A stretch of 64,000 nucleotides of DNA from Rebecca billardiae RCC1528 (lineage: Eukaryota; Protista; Haptophyta), in contig OZ251255.1 in the NCBI GenBank assembly GCA_965240325.2, positions 558,001 through 622,000 on the forward strand. Direction: 5' to 3'. A model generated the notes under the pieces. That model was given only the letters and a program-made list of their open reading frames with translations. It did not search any database and was not told the DNA's origin. The position numbers and the translations under genes are program-made. Numbering within the stretch: position 1 is the first letter of the stretch; each line of letters begins with the position of its first letter. Shown in pieces: positions 47,601 to 60,067 of the stretch.

Positions 47601-48645
47601 CGGCCCGGGCGCACACCGCCACCGCGGCGCGCGCGCCCGCCGCGAGGGGCGCGTCCGCGCACGGCGGCAGCGCGCCGAGCGCCGCGCCGGCGCGCGCGCA
47701 CGCCAGCCGCGGCGCCGCCGGGCCGCGGCCGCGCTCGGCGGCGCCGCCGCCGCCGTCCGCGCGGGCGAGCGCGTGCGCCGCGGCGTCCGCCGCGGCCGCG
47801 TCGGCCTCGGCGGCGCGCGCCTCCACGTGCTGCGCCGCGCCCGCGGGCCCGCCGCCCCCGCCACCCTCCAGCGCCGCCAACACCGCCGCGAGCAGCTGCA
47901 CCGCCTGCGGCCGCGCGGCGCGCGCGCCCGGCGCCATCGCCTCCGCGCCGAGTGCCGTGCAGCGCACGAGGTCGAGGGCGGGCGGGAGGAGGGCGGCGGG
48001 CCCGCGGGCGCGCGCGGCGGGCGCGCCGCCCGCCGCGCCGCCGCCGCCCGCGCGCAGCGCGCCGCCCTCCGCGGGCAGCAGCAGCAGCGCGGGCGCGAGC
48101 GCGAGCGCCGCGCGCGCCGCGTCGCAGCGCACGGCGAGCGACGAGTGAGAGAGTGCGGCGCAGAGGCGCAGCAGCACGAGCGGGGCGAGCGGGCGGAGGC
48201 CGCGCGCGCCCAGCGCCGCGCCGACGTGCGCGAGCAGCCGCGCCAGCGCGCCGCGCACGCCCGCGTCGCCGTCCGCGAGGCAGGCGAGCGCGCCGCCGAC
48301 GATGCGCGCTGGCGCGGCCGCGAGCGCGGCCGGGTGGCGCTCGGCGAGGTCGCGCAGGCCGTGGAGCGCCTCGCGCCGCGCGACGGGCGCGTGGTGGTTC
48401 AGCTGCGCGAGCAGCTCGCCCACCGTCAGCGCGCGCCCCGACGTCGGCGCGCCGCCGCGCTCGGCCGCGTCCGCGCGCGCGAGCGCGCCCTGCTCAGCCA
48501 CGACGAGCGTGCGCGCGCGGAAGGCGGTGGCGGTGGCGTTGGACGGGGCGGGGGCCTTCTTGCCGACGCGCTGCTTCTGCGCCTTGAAGTCCGACGCGCC
48601 GCCGCCCTTGGGCGCCGCGCCCTTGCGCTTCTTCGCGCCGCCCAT
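44653..48645 (-). CDS. TEX10: Ipi1/TEX10-like pre-rRNA processing (Rix1 complex) protein
   Basis: MGGAKKRK..DFKAQKQRVGKK..NATATAFRARTLVVAEQ..ELLAQLNHH..RREALHGLRDL matches the Ipi1_N signature, followed by Ala-rich HEAT-like helices. Confidence 0.85.
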   Translation of the reverse strand: MGGAKKRKGAAPKGGGASDFKAQKQRVGKKAPAPSNATATAFRARTLVVAEQGALARADAAERGGAPTSGRALTVGELLAQLNHHAPVARREALHGLRDLAERHPAALAAAPARIVGGALACLADGDAGVRGALARLLAHVGAALGARGLRPLAPLVLLRLCAALSHSSLAVRCDAARAALALAPALLLLPAEGGALRAGGGGAAGGAPAARARGPAALLPPALDLVRCTALGAEAMAPGARAARPQAVQLLAAVLAALEGGGGGGPAGAAQHVEARAAEADAAAADAAAHALARADGGGGAAERGRGPAAPRLACARAGAALGALPPCADAPLAAGARAAVAVCARAGGAGAEPAAAAAARATPPGRAPGASSARPQPQPQPPQQPQQQLTCAAVLLLLAQCWRAMADAEAHEAEGAAAGGGGAAAAAGAAGRAPGGASAASPRAHTGGGGGGGAAAGAPSSAPPPPLPLPLLLRCVLSVTAALRQQRQRARRGGGGAAEGGSHAARALALAAALPAGDAADAERAERALRALVLGALTAGADAGGGGRAAGGAAGAGGAAEREALWELGAALLSAGGGAAEAPARRPPAARQPQQRARERAAARAAAAADGGGGGAAALRAALSAALIAELGAHPRGGAGAALPAAAVHAATRLLPRGGAAAPSARADAALRRALFECAARHAACEPAPGAPPGESGGAAVRAACARGGAGVCALVCACAALTLPPALLPPHAHGAAPPPPPRAHARAAGDGGAADADATDADAAAADAAAADAAAERWRAALPRAAWESGMAAAAGGDDCARAGAQCALQLRTLRAAVLHSAAAAAAAPSARGAGGAEAARSAAAACAAHARALAPLFSARPRGAAAGGGGAVVFGPWASGGLPAAARAEALAVVCALPRPLPAALCTALARCCAHASVMGGAASAAGCAALAAAAAPPPGAPPAAAAGAWPPCVAALLSAAVSPTAFGSGADARRAQPPPPPPPERVRAADAPARWRAGGAAAPTAPAAQLGADGAEELGALVALAIDDGCARRALCAQACAALRAAALGAGLGAARAAVARALGAGGGAAAPGCCVLRAHADDEPPAGRGAAPEAWEAWAAPPEPAADADAADADAAACAEWSALCASLCAAEAQLAACAALAPAAPGGADGGAPGGADGGAAALDPIEGIALRCALQLLLGMPAHSRARAVRAGGAGGGWGWVGACAPVARALCAAPALARPLLAGLAAALDAGGARRPGAEGVDDGAHGAGAAAHAACCLLRCAELARLWASPALAPSWRALLRAAERARAAPATPRVAADACAALCADVSAALLLRGGAQLS

Positions 48646-48922
48646 CGGCGCGCGCGTGCCTCGCAGCACGTGGCAGCCCAGCTGCCCACCGGCTGCGCGC
48701 GCCCGGAGGGAGCGCGTCCGGAATGCAGCCGCCCACAAAGTCCGGCTGAGCCCGACTTCGGCCCGGCTGGCCCCTCGCACACCCGGACTTGAGGAGGGCG
48801 CTGCCATCCTGCCAAAGCGCGTGTCCTCGCAGGCACGTCGCACGCCCACTGGTGGAGGCTTGCTCTGGCGAGCGCGGCAGCGGGGACAGCGAGAGGCGCG
48901 TGTCCGCGGGGCTGCAGGCGCG

Positions 48923-49729
48923 ATGAGGTACACGGCGCGCGCGTGGGCGCGCGCGGGCGGGCGGGAGGCGCTCGTGCTCGGGCTCGCCGCCGCGTGCTCG
49001 CTGCCGCTCGGGCCCGCTCGTGCCTGACGCGCGGCTCGCGCGCGCGCCCGTGCTCTGGCGCGCGCTCCGCCGCGCGCGCGCAGTAAGATCCAGACGGAGT
49101 ACCTGAAGGAGTGCGTGCAGGCGGTGTTCGACGGGTGCAACGAGCGGAAGCGCAAGTTCACCGAGACGATCGAGCTGCAGATCGGCCTCAAGAACTACGA
49201 CCCACAAAAGGACAAGCGGTTCGCGGGGCAGGTGAAGCTCAACCATGTCGCGCGGCCCACGATGAAGATCTGCGTGCTGGGCGACGCGTACCACTGCGAG
49301 CGCGCGGAGACGGAGGGCGTGGACTTCAAGACGGCGGACGGCCTCAAGGCCTTCAACAAGAACAAGAAGCTCATCAAGAAGTTCGCCAAGCAGTACCACG
49401 CGTTCCTCGCGTCCGAGTCGATGATCAAGCAGATCCCTCGGCTGCTCGGGCCCGGGCTGAACAAGGCGGGCAAGTTCCCCACGCTGATCACGCAGCAGGA
49501 GGCGCTGTCGAACAAGATGGACGAGCTGAAGAGCACCGTCAAGTTCCAGCTCAAGAAGGTGCTCTGCATGTCCGTCGCCGTCGGCCACGTCAACATGGAC
49601 ATTGGCGAGGCGATCGACAACCTCAAGCTCGCCATCAACTTTTTGGTCTCGCTGCTCAAGAAGAACTGGCAGAACGTCAAGTCGCTGCACATCAAGTCGA
49701 CGATGGGCAAGCCGCAACGCATCTACTGA
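48923..49729 (+). CDS. RPL10A: 60S ribosomal protein L10a (uL1); 2 exons
   Basis: ATGAG|gt intron 48928-49083 gives MSKIQTEYL; [55 protein letters not shown]. Confidence 0.98.
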
Positions 49730-50861
49730 GGCGGTGGGCGCGCGGGCGGCGGCGAGCGCGGCGACAGCGGCCCCGGGCAGCGCGCCGCCGCCGCCGACAC
49801 GAGGCGGCGGCGGCGGCGCGCGGCGCCGGGGCACCCCGAGGCCGCGGCGCGGCGCGTGGCCACACGACGACGGCCGGCCACGCGCCGGCGGCCGGCGCGC
49901 GCCGGGCGTGGCGGCGGCGCCCGCACTAGGAGGCGGCGACGACGCTGCTGCGCGCCGGCGCGCGACACGACGACGACGACGACAACCAGTTCTTCGCGAG
50001 GACTCGCATCGGCCGACCTGACGACAGTGGTCGATGCGATGAGGCGCACCACCTTGTAGCTAGCAGCAGCCCCGGCTGGAAAGGCAGTCGGCATTGGCGC
50101 GTGCCACATGTCCGGAACTTCCTTGCTGGCGAGTGGCGAGTGGCGAGTGGAGAAAGTAGAAACAAATCCGGGCGCCACGGGCCCGCGGCCGAGAACGGCG
50201 TGATGGCGTCGCCGCGTCACTGGCAAGAGAGTGCTCACATCGCTCCACTTGCTCAGCGCGTGCCGGTGCGCCTGCAGTGGCGGGGCCCCGAGCGGTCGGA
50301 CCCTGTCTGACCGCGTACTGCGGCGACGCCCGAATCACTGAGTGAGTGAGTCACTTACTGTCACGCCCGGGCGGAGTGCCCGTAGGCCGCCGCCGCCGAG
50401 TACGCGGCGCAGCCGGTGCGAGTTTCCGGGATTTCACACGTCATGCCGCTTGGTAGCTGGCCAGATGGTGGACTGCGCTAAAGCAGTGCAAGGCGTGTGT
50501 GCTGATCGCCGTGGCCCCCCGCCCTCGCCGCAGCTCAGCTGCTCTGTGCTGCTCCGTCAGAAACCGCGCGCGCGTTACAGTCAGGCCAAGCCTGGCGCAG
50601 CGCGCTTGGCCCGCCTGAGTCCTGGCGCAGCGCGGCGGCGGAGAGACGTGTGGGCTCGGGCGCGCTCACAGCGGCGTTCAACGGCGCCCATCTTTGCGCC
50701 CGGGCCACTGCGCGTGCCGCCCTGCCCCGCTCCGAAGCCTCGGCTGTTGCACGGTCGCCGTCTCGCCGCAGCGCTTCTGAAAGCTTGCACGCTGCGCACT
50801 GCGCGGTGCCTGCGCAGGCGGGTCCGGTCGCGTTTCCGCGTTCCCGGCGTCGTGGGCAGCC

Positions 50862-51045
50862 ATGGCGGCGCCCGCGCGCGTGGACGGCTTCGTCGACGCG
50901 GCGGGCGCGCTCTACGCGCCGACGACGGCGGCGGAGGCGCGCGCGCGCGCGAACCGGTGGCTTGAGCAGGCCGTGCGCGACCCCGACGCCCTCGCGCTCA
51001 GCCTCGCCGTGCTGCGCCGCGGGCTGGCGCCGCGCTCCGCGGACG

Positions 51046-51082
<37 letters not shown>

Positions 51083-52047
51083 GGCGCCGTGCGCGCCCGC
51101 GCTCGTGCTCGCGGCGCAGACGGTGCGCCGGCGCGCGCGGCGCGACGAGCTCGGGCCCGATGCGCTCGACGCGCTCGCGTCCGAGTGCGCCGAGCTCGCC
51201 CTCGCCGCCGCGCCGCTGCCCTCCGCGCCGCCCGCGCTGCTGCCTGCGCTCGCGCTCGCGCTGAGCAGCGCACTGCTGCGCTCGCCGAGCGCGGCGCCGG
51301 CGGAGGTGCTGGCGCACGCGGCGCGCGCGCTGCACAGCGTGGGCGCGGCGGGCGAGCGCGTGCTCTGCGCGCTGCTCAGCGCCGTGCCCGACGAGCTCAG
51401 CTCGCTCACCGGCGCCGCCAGCCCCGTCGCCGCCGCTCCGGACGCGCGCGAGCGCGCGCGCGCGGTGCGGTGCGCGCTGCGCGCGGCCGCGCCGGCGGGC
51501 GGCGGCGCGGCGCTCGCGCACGAGCTGCTGGCGAGCTGGCACGCGCAGGCGGCGGGCGGGGCGGAGCGCGCGCGCGCGCTCGGCGCGTTCCGCGCGTGGA
51601 TCGACTGCGGCCTGCTGCCGCCCGCCGCGCTGCTGCGCTCGCCGCTGCTGGCCGCCGCCGCGCACGCGGCCGCGCGTGCTGACGGCGGCGGTGGCGGCGG
51701 CGGCGCGGCGAGCGCGACCGTTGCGGCGGCGCGCGAGGCGGGGCCGTTCGTCGTGGAGGCGGACGGCGACGTGGATGCGGAGGACGACCTCGCGTACGCC
51801 GCCGCCACCGGCGCGCCCCCCGCCTCCGAGTGCGCCGAGGCGGACGAGGGCGTGGGTGTGCTGTGCGCGCTGGCAGACGCCCTCGCTGCCGAGGCGACGG
51901 CGACGGCGGCGGCGGCGGCGGGCGGCGGCGCGCGTGGCGGGCGCGGGGGTCGGCGGGGCGGCGCGGGGCGGCGCGGGCACGGCGGCGCGGCGCGCGGCGC
52001 GGCCGAGCACGCGCCGCAGAGCGCCGCGCGCCCCGCCGCCGACCACG

Positions 52048-52083
<36 letters not shown>

Positions 52084-53635
52084 GCGGCGGCTGGGCGCGT
52101 GGCGCCGCGCCGCCGCCGAGCGCGGCCGAGGCAGCGCACGCGCGCGCCGCCGCCGTCGAGCTGCTGGCGGCGGTGGCGAGCGCGGCGCGTGAGGCGCTGC
52201 GTGAGGCGCGGCCGGCGGTGGCGGCGCGCCTCGCGCGCGCGCTCGTGCATGTCTGCGCACGCCTCGGACCTGTCGCCCTCGCGGTCGGCGCGGACGGCGG
52301 CGGCGGCGGCGGCGGCGCGGCCGCGGGCGGCGCGGCGGGCGAGGCGGCGGGGCGCGCGCTCGCCGAGAGCGTGCACGCGCTGCTCGAGGGCGTGGAGTGC
52401 GCGCGCGCGCGCACGGCGCAGGCCACCGTGCTTGGCGCGCTCCCGTCCGTCTGGGCCGCGCTGCGCGCCGCCGCGGACGACGGCGGCGGCGGCGGCGAGG
52501 CGGCGGCGGCCGGCGCGGCGGGCGGCACGGCCGCGCGCCGCGCGCGCCGGCGCGCGCTGCTTGCTGCGGCCGCGGCGCCGTGCGTGCCGCGCGCGGGCGC
52601 GTGCGCGCTGCTCGACGCGCTGCTGCGCGCGGGCGCGTGGCCCGCGCTCGGCGTGCCGTGTCACGCCGCCGAGGCCGCCGCCGCCGCCGCCGGCCCGAGC
52701 GCCGCCGCCGCCGCGGCCGCGCGGCTGGTGCGCGCGCGCGGCGCGCACGGCGGGTGTTGCGCCGTGCTGGGCGGCGCGGCGGCGCTCGCGGACGCGCGCG
52801 CCGCCGGCTGCGCGGGGTGCGCGGTGCTCGCGCTGCCGGCGGGGGCGGAGGTGGGCGTGGACGCGGAGGGCGAGCTCCTCGCGCTCGGCGGCTGCTACCC
52901 CCACGCCGCACCCCACAGTCCGGACGAGTCCGGGGGCGCCGAGGCCGACGCGTTTTTCTGCGCGGCCGCGGAGGGCGCGCGCGAGGCGTGCCGCAACGCG
53001 CTGCGCTGCGTGCTGCTGCGCCCGCCGCCGGGGGGGGGCGCGGAGGGGGCGGAGGCGGAGGCGGAGGGGGCCGTGTGCGTGGAGGTGGTGGGCGTGCTGT
53101 GCGCGCGCCTCGACGCCGAGCTCGACGCCGCCGCCGCCGCCGCGCACAGCGCGGCGCACGGCGGCACCGCCGCCGCCGCCGCCGCCGCCGCGCTCGGGCG
53201 CGCGCGCTGGCGGCGTGCTGAGTCCGCGCTGCATGCGCTTTCGGCCGCCGCCAAGCCGCTGGGCGGGAGGGCGTGCGCGCCGCTGGTGCGCGCGCTGCAG
53301 CGCGCGGCGGCGTGCGCGCCGTGGCACCGCGCGCTCGGCGCGGCGCTCGGCACGCTCGCCGGCGCCGCGGCCGACTGGGCCGCGGCGCGCGCGGCCGCGG
53401 GCGAGGGCGGCGCGCTGCGCGCGTGCGCGGCGCTCGCGCTGAGCGCGCTGGGCTGGGCGGAGGTGGGTGCGTGTGCGCCGCGCGCGCCCGCGCGGCTGGA
53501 GGGCGGCGCGAGGGTGGCGCTGCGCGTGCGCGACGGCGCGGACGGCGCCGCCTTCTCGCTGCGCACGCGGCAGGACCACGCCGGCGCCGTCGCGCTCACC
53601 AAGCTGCTCAGCGCAGCGCAGCGCGCACGCGGCGC

Positions 53636-53667
<32 letters not shown>

Positions 53668-55377
53668 ACGGCGGCGGCGGCGGCGGGCCGAGCGCGCCGC
53701 TGCTGCCGCTGCCGCCGCACGGGGCGCACGCGCTGCTCGCGTGCGCGGCGGCGCGCGTTCTCGACCCGCTGAGTGGCGCGGCGCTGCAGAGCGCGCGCTC
53801 GCGCGCCCTCTGCTGCGCCGCCCTCTGCGCCCTCGCCGCTTCGCAGCAGCCCGGCGACGCGGCCGGCGCACGCGACGGCGGCGCCGCGGCCGCGCTTGCG
53901 GGCGCACTGTGCGCGCAGGCGGCGCGGCTCGCGGCCGCCGAGGCGGCGGGCGGCGGGAGCGAGGCGGAGGGCGCGGAGCTCGGCGCGCTGTGCGCCGAGC
54001 AGCTCGCGCTGATGGCCGACGCGGCCGCGCGGCTGCCGCACCCCGCCGCGCTGCGCTGCTGGCTCGAAGCGTGGCCGGCGGCGCGCGCGCTCGGCGGCGC
54101 GCCGCCGCCGGCCGCGGCGGGCGGCGGCGCGGCGGCCGCGGCCGCGGCGGGCGGCGCGGGCCGCGCGCACGCCGACGCGCGCGCGCGCGCGCTGTGCGAG
54201 CTGGTGGGCGGCGCGCTGCGCGCGGGCGCGCGCGCGGGCGAGCCCGGCTGGGCGCTCGCGCGCCAGCTCCTCGCGCGCGCCGCGCCCGAGCTCGGCGCCA
54301 TCGCGGGCGCGCGCGGCGCAGCGCACGCGCTCGGCGCGGCCGCGGCCGCGTGCGCAGCGCTCGCCGACGCGCCGCCGCCGCCGCCGGTGGCGCCGCCGCC
54401 GGGGCAGCAGCCGGGGCAGGGCGGCGCGGAGGGCGAGGGCGAGGCGGCGGTGGGCGCGTGGGTCTGCGCGTGCGCCACGGCCGCCGCCGCCGCGCTCGGC
54501 GCCGACGACGACGCCGCCGACGCCGCCTCGCTGCGCGTGCGGCCGCTGCCGCCGCCGCCGGGCGCGCGCGCGCGCGCCGAGCGCGCGGCGCTCGCGCGCG
54601 CGCTGCTCGGCGGGCTGGCGCCGGCGGCGCTCGCGTCGGAGGCGGGCGCGCGCGCGCTCGGCGCGCGCGGCGCGCACGCCCTCGCCGCCGCGCTCGTGCG
54701 CTGCGCCCGCACCGCCGCGCCCCCCGCCGCGTCGCAGGACGACGTGGCGGAGGCGCGCGCCGCGCTCGGCCTCGCCGCGCGCGCGCTGCCGGCCGGCGGC
54801 GCGCACGGCGCGGCGCGCGCGCTGTGGTGGGGCCCGCACGCGCTGGGCGGGGTGCTCGGTGCGCGCGGCCCCGCGCGCGCGCAGCCGCGCGCCCGCGCGC
54901 GCAGCCGCGCGCCCGACCTCCGCCCGCCCCTTCCTTCTCACCGCCCCGCGCGCGGCCGCGCGCGCACGGCACGGCACGCGTGTGCACGCGTGCGCAGGCG
55001 CGCGGCTGTGCGGCGCGCTGCTGTGGGCCGCGTGCGCCGGGCTGCCGGCGTGGGTGCTCGGCGACGTGGCCGCGGCGCTCTGGGCGCTGGCGCACGCGGC
55101 GGGCGCGGCGCGCTTCGCGGAGTGGCTCGCCCTCCTCGCCGCGCTGCCGCCCGAGCACCACGCCGCCGCCGCGGCCGCCGCCGCCGCCGCCGCCGCGCCC
55201 GACTGGCCGCGGCCAGAGATGGCGGCCGCGGCGCGCGCCGCAACGGTCGAGGCCCTGAGCGGGCCGCGCGCCATGGCCAACCGCACGCACTTCAAGGCGG
55301 CGCTCAAGCAGCTGCGCGGTGGCAAGGCCAAGGGCGAGGGCGGCACGCCCGCCAAGGCCGGCGGCTCTCCTTGGTGA
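50862..55377 (+). CDS. Importin-beta superfamily (transportin-3/importin-13-like) HEAT protein; 2 exons
   Basis: ALY..ARANRWLE..LAAQTVR (IBN_N-like), ESALHAL; intron 54859-54997; C-terminal GARLCGALLWAACAGLPAWVLGDVAAAL. Confidence 0.7.
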
Positions 55378-55605
55378 CCCAGGCCGGCAGCCATGCTGAA
55401 TTGCTGACGCCACTGCGCCCGTCATGGTGCGTAACGAAGCCGTTCAGAGTTCGTCAGACGTTGCGCCCGCACGCGGAAGCTGAAAGCGCAGCGGAGGAGG
55501 GCGCGCGCGTTCAATCGACGAGCGTCGTAGGCGCCAAGAACGGCTTCCGGGCCGCGCAACGGCCCCCGCCCGCGGCGGGACGTGCCGCGCTGCACCGAGG
55601 CACGG

Positions 55606-56416
55606 ATGACCCGGGAGGGCGTGCACAGCCGGCGCATGCCGGGCCAGTACGGCTCCAACGGCCTGCGCGCCGACGGCACCTCGTTCAATGTGCGCGCGGC
55701 CGCGCGCGCGCGCGCGCGGCAGGGGCGCGATGTGATCCGCTCTGCCGCCTCCGCACGCGCGCGTGCCCGGCGCAGGTGGGCAACAAGCTGGGCCAGCGCC
55801 CGTCGATCCGCCTCTTCGCCGAGTACAACCAGGGCGCTGCGATGGAGGCGCTGCTCGCGCAGGCGGACGAGATTCCGATCTCGGACCTAGGGCGCAGGGA
55901 GCTGCCCGCGCACGCGGAGGGGGTGGCGGGGGCGGGGGGCGCGTCGGGCGGCGTGGAGGCGGCCGCGCCAGCCGCCGCGCCCGCGCCGCCGCCGCCCGCC
56001 GCCGCCCCCGCGCCGCGCACCGAGCTCGACCTCGAGTGGGGCCAGCAGCGGCTGCTCGGCGCCGTGCGCGCGAACCGCGCGCGCGACCTGCGCGCGGCGC
56101 TGGAGGACGGCGCGGACGTGAAGCGGGCGGAGGCGGGGACGGGGTGCACGCCGCTGCACGTGGCCGCGGAGTGCGGCCGGCCGCGCATGTGCGAGCTGCT
56201 GCTCGAGCTTGGCGCGGTGCGCGCGCCGCCGCGCCGCGCGCGCGCAGCCCGGCGCCGCCAGGCCGCCTCTGACCCCCCGCGCCGCGAGCCCCCGGGGTGG
56301 CGCCGTGGCGCGCGCCGCGGCCGCAGGAGGTCGACGTGCGGAACAAGGCGGGGGAGCGGCCAGCGGACGTGGCCAAGACGGCGGAGATTCGCGAGCTGCT
56401 CAAGATCAAGTGCTGA
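55606..56416 (+). CDS. Small ankyrin-repeat protein with N-terminal SPR1-like motif; 3 exons
   Basis: Exons 55606-55689, 55776-56216, 56327-56416; GCTPLHVAAECG..LLLELGA/EVDVRNKAGERPADVA. Confidence 0.85.
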
Positions 56417-56877
56417 TCGGCGGCGGCGCTCCAAGTGCGCGTGCAAGACGACGCCCGGTTTGCAGCTGCCGTGACTCATCAGGCTCAGCTGACGCCTGAC
56501 TGACCGTCGCCCGCACCCGTCCGGCAACCGCCGGGCGCCGATTTGTTCCGGCTCCTCCCCAGAGCAGGTCGTGGCTCGAATAAAAAGGAATAAGGGCGGA
56601 GGAAAAAATGCCCGCCCGGCGCGGCCCGCGCGCCGCGGTTTTCGACAGGCGTGAGTTCCGGCTGCCGCTCTCGCCGCGGAGGCGCCTCGCCGGGTGCGCT
56701 GCGCCGGCCCGGGGCGGCGCCACAGCCACACAGCACGGCTCATGCAGCGGCCGCCTGGCACCGAGTTGTATGATAACGAGTGGATCAGTCGGTCTGGGTC
56801 ACATCCTCGCGGGAGTCACACTGCGTACGCGGATCTGAGGCCGGCCGCGGGTCGCCGGAGTCGCCGATGCAAGCGCG

Positions 56878-59800
56878 TTACGAGTGCGGCGCGATACGAT
56901 GCTGATGGCGACGGGCACTCGGGACGGGCGAGGCGGGCGGCGACGACGAGTGGGAAGAGCAGCCGTCATCACTCGGGGCATCGTCCGGGAGGAAGAACAT
57001 GGACGTTGTGCGCGGGCGGACGCGCACGTTGTCATCCTCGCCGTGGTAGTCCTGCAGAGCGACGGCGTCGAGGGTGCGTACGCGATGACGCCGCCGGTAG
57101 CCGCTCGCATTCTGGCTCGGCCTGCGCACTTGTCGCGCGAGGGCAGCCGCCACGCGCTGCCGCCGCTTGTCGGGCCCTTCGTCCTCGCCAGCGGCGGTGG
57201 ACGGAGCAGCCAAGCCCTCGCCGCCAGGGAGCGACTGCGACCTCTGCTTGGCGCGACCGCCGCCGAGCTTCGGGGCGGACATGGATGGGGCGAGGTCCGG
57301 CACGCGCGCCTCAGCCTCCGCGGCAGCCGCGTCGGCGTCGAGCGTGGCCGGCGCGGCTGCCGACAGCTGCATGAAGCTCTCGAGCACCCGGACCACCCCC
57401 TTCACGCCCTTCTCGTCCTTGTCCACGCTCAGGTCGAGGCCGGCGCTGTCAAACTCGTCGCGCTCCGGGCAGCCGACCGGGTCGCCCGTCATGCCGATGA
57501 TCATGCCGCTGAAGCCGGCCTCGCGCAGCTTGCGCGTCGCGACGGTTCCGCTCATGTGAGGCATCTGCCCCGACAGCGAAGGGGCGCGCGTGTGATGGCA
57601 GCGCGGGCACAAGAGGCACGGTGAGCGGCAAGGGTGCTGGCGCTCGCCCGAGCGCGCCTGCCCGTGCCTGCCGCCTCCAGCCGCGCGCGCGCGCGCGCGC
57701 GCGCGCGCACACCTGGTTGTCCATCACGATCACATCGTACTGCGGCCCGTCCACGACCTTCTGCAGCGCCTCGGCGCCATGCCACGCGCAGTCGTACTGG
57801 GCGCCAAGGCGCTCAAAGACGCGGCGGGGGAAGGTGCGGTGCAGGATGCGGTCGTCGTCCACGTAGAGGCAGCGGAACGAGGGTGGAAACTCGAAGCCCT
57901 CGAGCTCGGGCCGGCGCTTCGGCCCCTTGGCGGGGCGAGCCGTGCCGGGCGTGTCGGCGGGATGCGTCAGAGCAGCAGTGGCCGCCGCCGTCACCGCCAC
58001 CGGCTGCAGTGAATGCTCGCCGGCTTCGACAGTCGACGCCGAGGATGCTGCTGGCGGCTCGCACCGTCGAGCTGGTGTCGACGGCTCTGCGAGCCACAAG
58101 TTGAGCCGGAGCTCGAGCGTGGTGCCCTGCCCCGGGCCAGCCGAGTTGATGCGAAGCGTGGAGTCGTCGTGCAGCTGGAGCAGCTGGCGCGTGATGCTCA
58201 GCCCAAGCCCCGTGCCCCCGTTGCCCTCCATCTGCCCCTTGCCGACCTGCTGCGAGAAGGGCTCGCCCTTGCGCAGCTGCTCGAGCTCGTCTGCGCCCAA
58301 GCCGATGCCGTTGTCCTTGATGGCGATCACGACGGTCCGAATCCCGGGCATCGCCGCGGGATGGCGCGCACACGGACTGCTCGACTCGTTGCCAGCGTGG
58401 CGTGGGTGGAGCTGGCCACGCGTGCCCTCCGTGCGCGCGCTCAGCGTGACGGTGCCCCCGCTCCTTGTGAACTTGAGCTGTGCGCGGGATGGATGGGGGG
58501 ATGGATGCGCGCTGCTCGTCGAGTCAGCTAGGGCAGCAAGCGCAAGGCCTCGCCGAGCGTGCGCACGTGCCCACCGCGGGGCAGCGCGCGGCTGCGCGGA
58601 TGTACTGTGCAGCGGTGGGAGGGGGGCGCGGATTGCGCGCGCGGCGCGCACCGCGTTTGAGAGGCCGTTGTTCACGCACTGCTGTAGCCGGCGCACGTCC
58701 GCGATGAAGGGCGTGTTGGCGAGCTCGTGCGTGATCGGCGCGTGGTGGATCGCCACGCCCTTGGCCTCGGCGAGGCCCTTGAACGTCGTGCTGGCGTCGT
58801 CGATCAGCTGCGGCATGGTGAACGGCGCGGGCACGAGCACCTGCCGGCCGCTGTCAATCCGCTCGAAGTCGAGCATGTCCGAGATGATGTGCTGCATGAG
58901 CGTGGACATCTTGCCCATGGCCGCCACCAGCTCGACCACCTCGGAGCTGCCGACCGGCGTGGTCGCGTCCAGCTCGTCGAGCATGGAGACGACGTTCGAG
59001 ACGGCGAGCAGCGGCGTCCGAAGATCGTGCATCACCATACGGATGAGACGGCTGCGAGCCTGCTTGCCCGCCTGATTCGTCCCGAGCTGCAGCCGCTGCG
59101 CCGCCTCGACACTCTCAAGCTCTTGTGTGGTTCGCATCGCGCTGCTCGCATCGGAAGAGACGCGTGCCGCCGTGCGCTCAAAGTGGAAGTTCGAGCGGTG
59201 GGAGACGAGGAGCGAGAGCCTGCCCATGAGCATCGCCAGTACGATGAGCACGAAGATGGCCGTTGTCTCGACCGCCTGGCGCACTGCGTGCACGGCGAGA
59301 TCGTCACCTGGCGCGGCCCTCGCCATCGCGAGCGCACGCCTGAGGTTGAGCGCCGCGAGAATGCCCTGCTGGAGCACCAAGTACGCGCTCAGCGTACACG
59401 CGGCGACCGCCTGCAGCGGGAGGAACATGGCGGCAAAGACGGGGATCACGACCACGTGCGCAGTCGCATCCCGACACACAACCCACCGGGTGGGCGTGTG
59501 CGGCGGCGGCGGAGCATCATCGGGCGGGGTCTGCGCGAGCAGCGTCGTGGTCCCGGGCGCCAAGAAGGCAAACGCTGCCAGAATAACTGCGAGTCCGACG
59601 AGTGAGGCAGTCGTCAGCACGTCGATGCTGGCAACGGTGATGCTGTGTGCGTTCTGCGCGGCAGCACCGAGAGCCACCAAGCCCATGGAGACGAGCACAG
59701 CGAGCACACCCAGCCAGCACGACGTGTTGTTGGAGACGGCCTCGTTGGCAACGAAGAACCTCATGGTACACTCCGCCGCGGTCACCACTGCGAAGAAGAG

Positions 59801-60067
59801 GGCGAAGAGGACTCCGGATAGCAGCAGGCGTCGTGCGTACAGCGCACGCAGCTCCGTGCTGTACGCGCGCTCGTCCTGCTCGTCGGCAAAGCTGAGCGCG
59901 CGCGTGAACTTGGGCGCGGGCACGTCAAACGTCGGGAGCGTGTCTGATGATGGTGTGGATTGCTTCGGACTCGACGAGGAGGAGCTGGCATCAGCAGTGT
60001 GAGTGGTGCCGGGGACGCACTTGACGTCAGCCGGGTGGCCTTCAGGATGCACCTCCGCCGAGCGCAT
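56878..60067 (-). CDS. Membrane hybrid histidine kinase (multi-TM, HisKA, HATPase_c, receiver); 3 exons
   Basis: MHDLRTPL (H box), NGLSNA/LKF (N box, intron 58651-58478), DNGIG and GGTGLGL (G boxes), YVDDD..VMDNQ/MPHMSG..GMTG (REC, intron 57712-57565). Start codon approximate. Confidence 0.93.
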
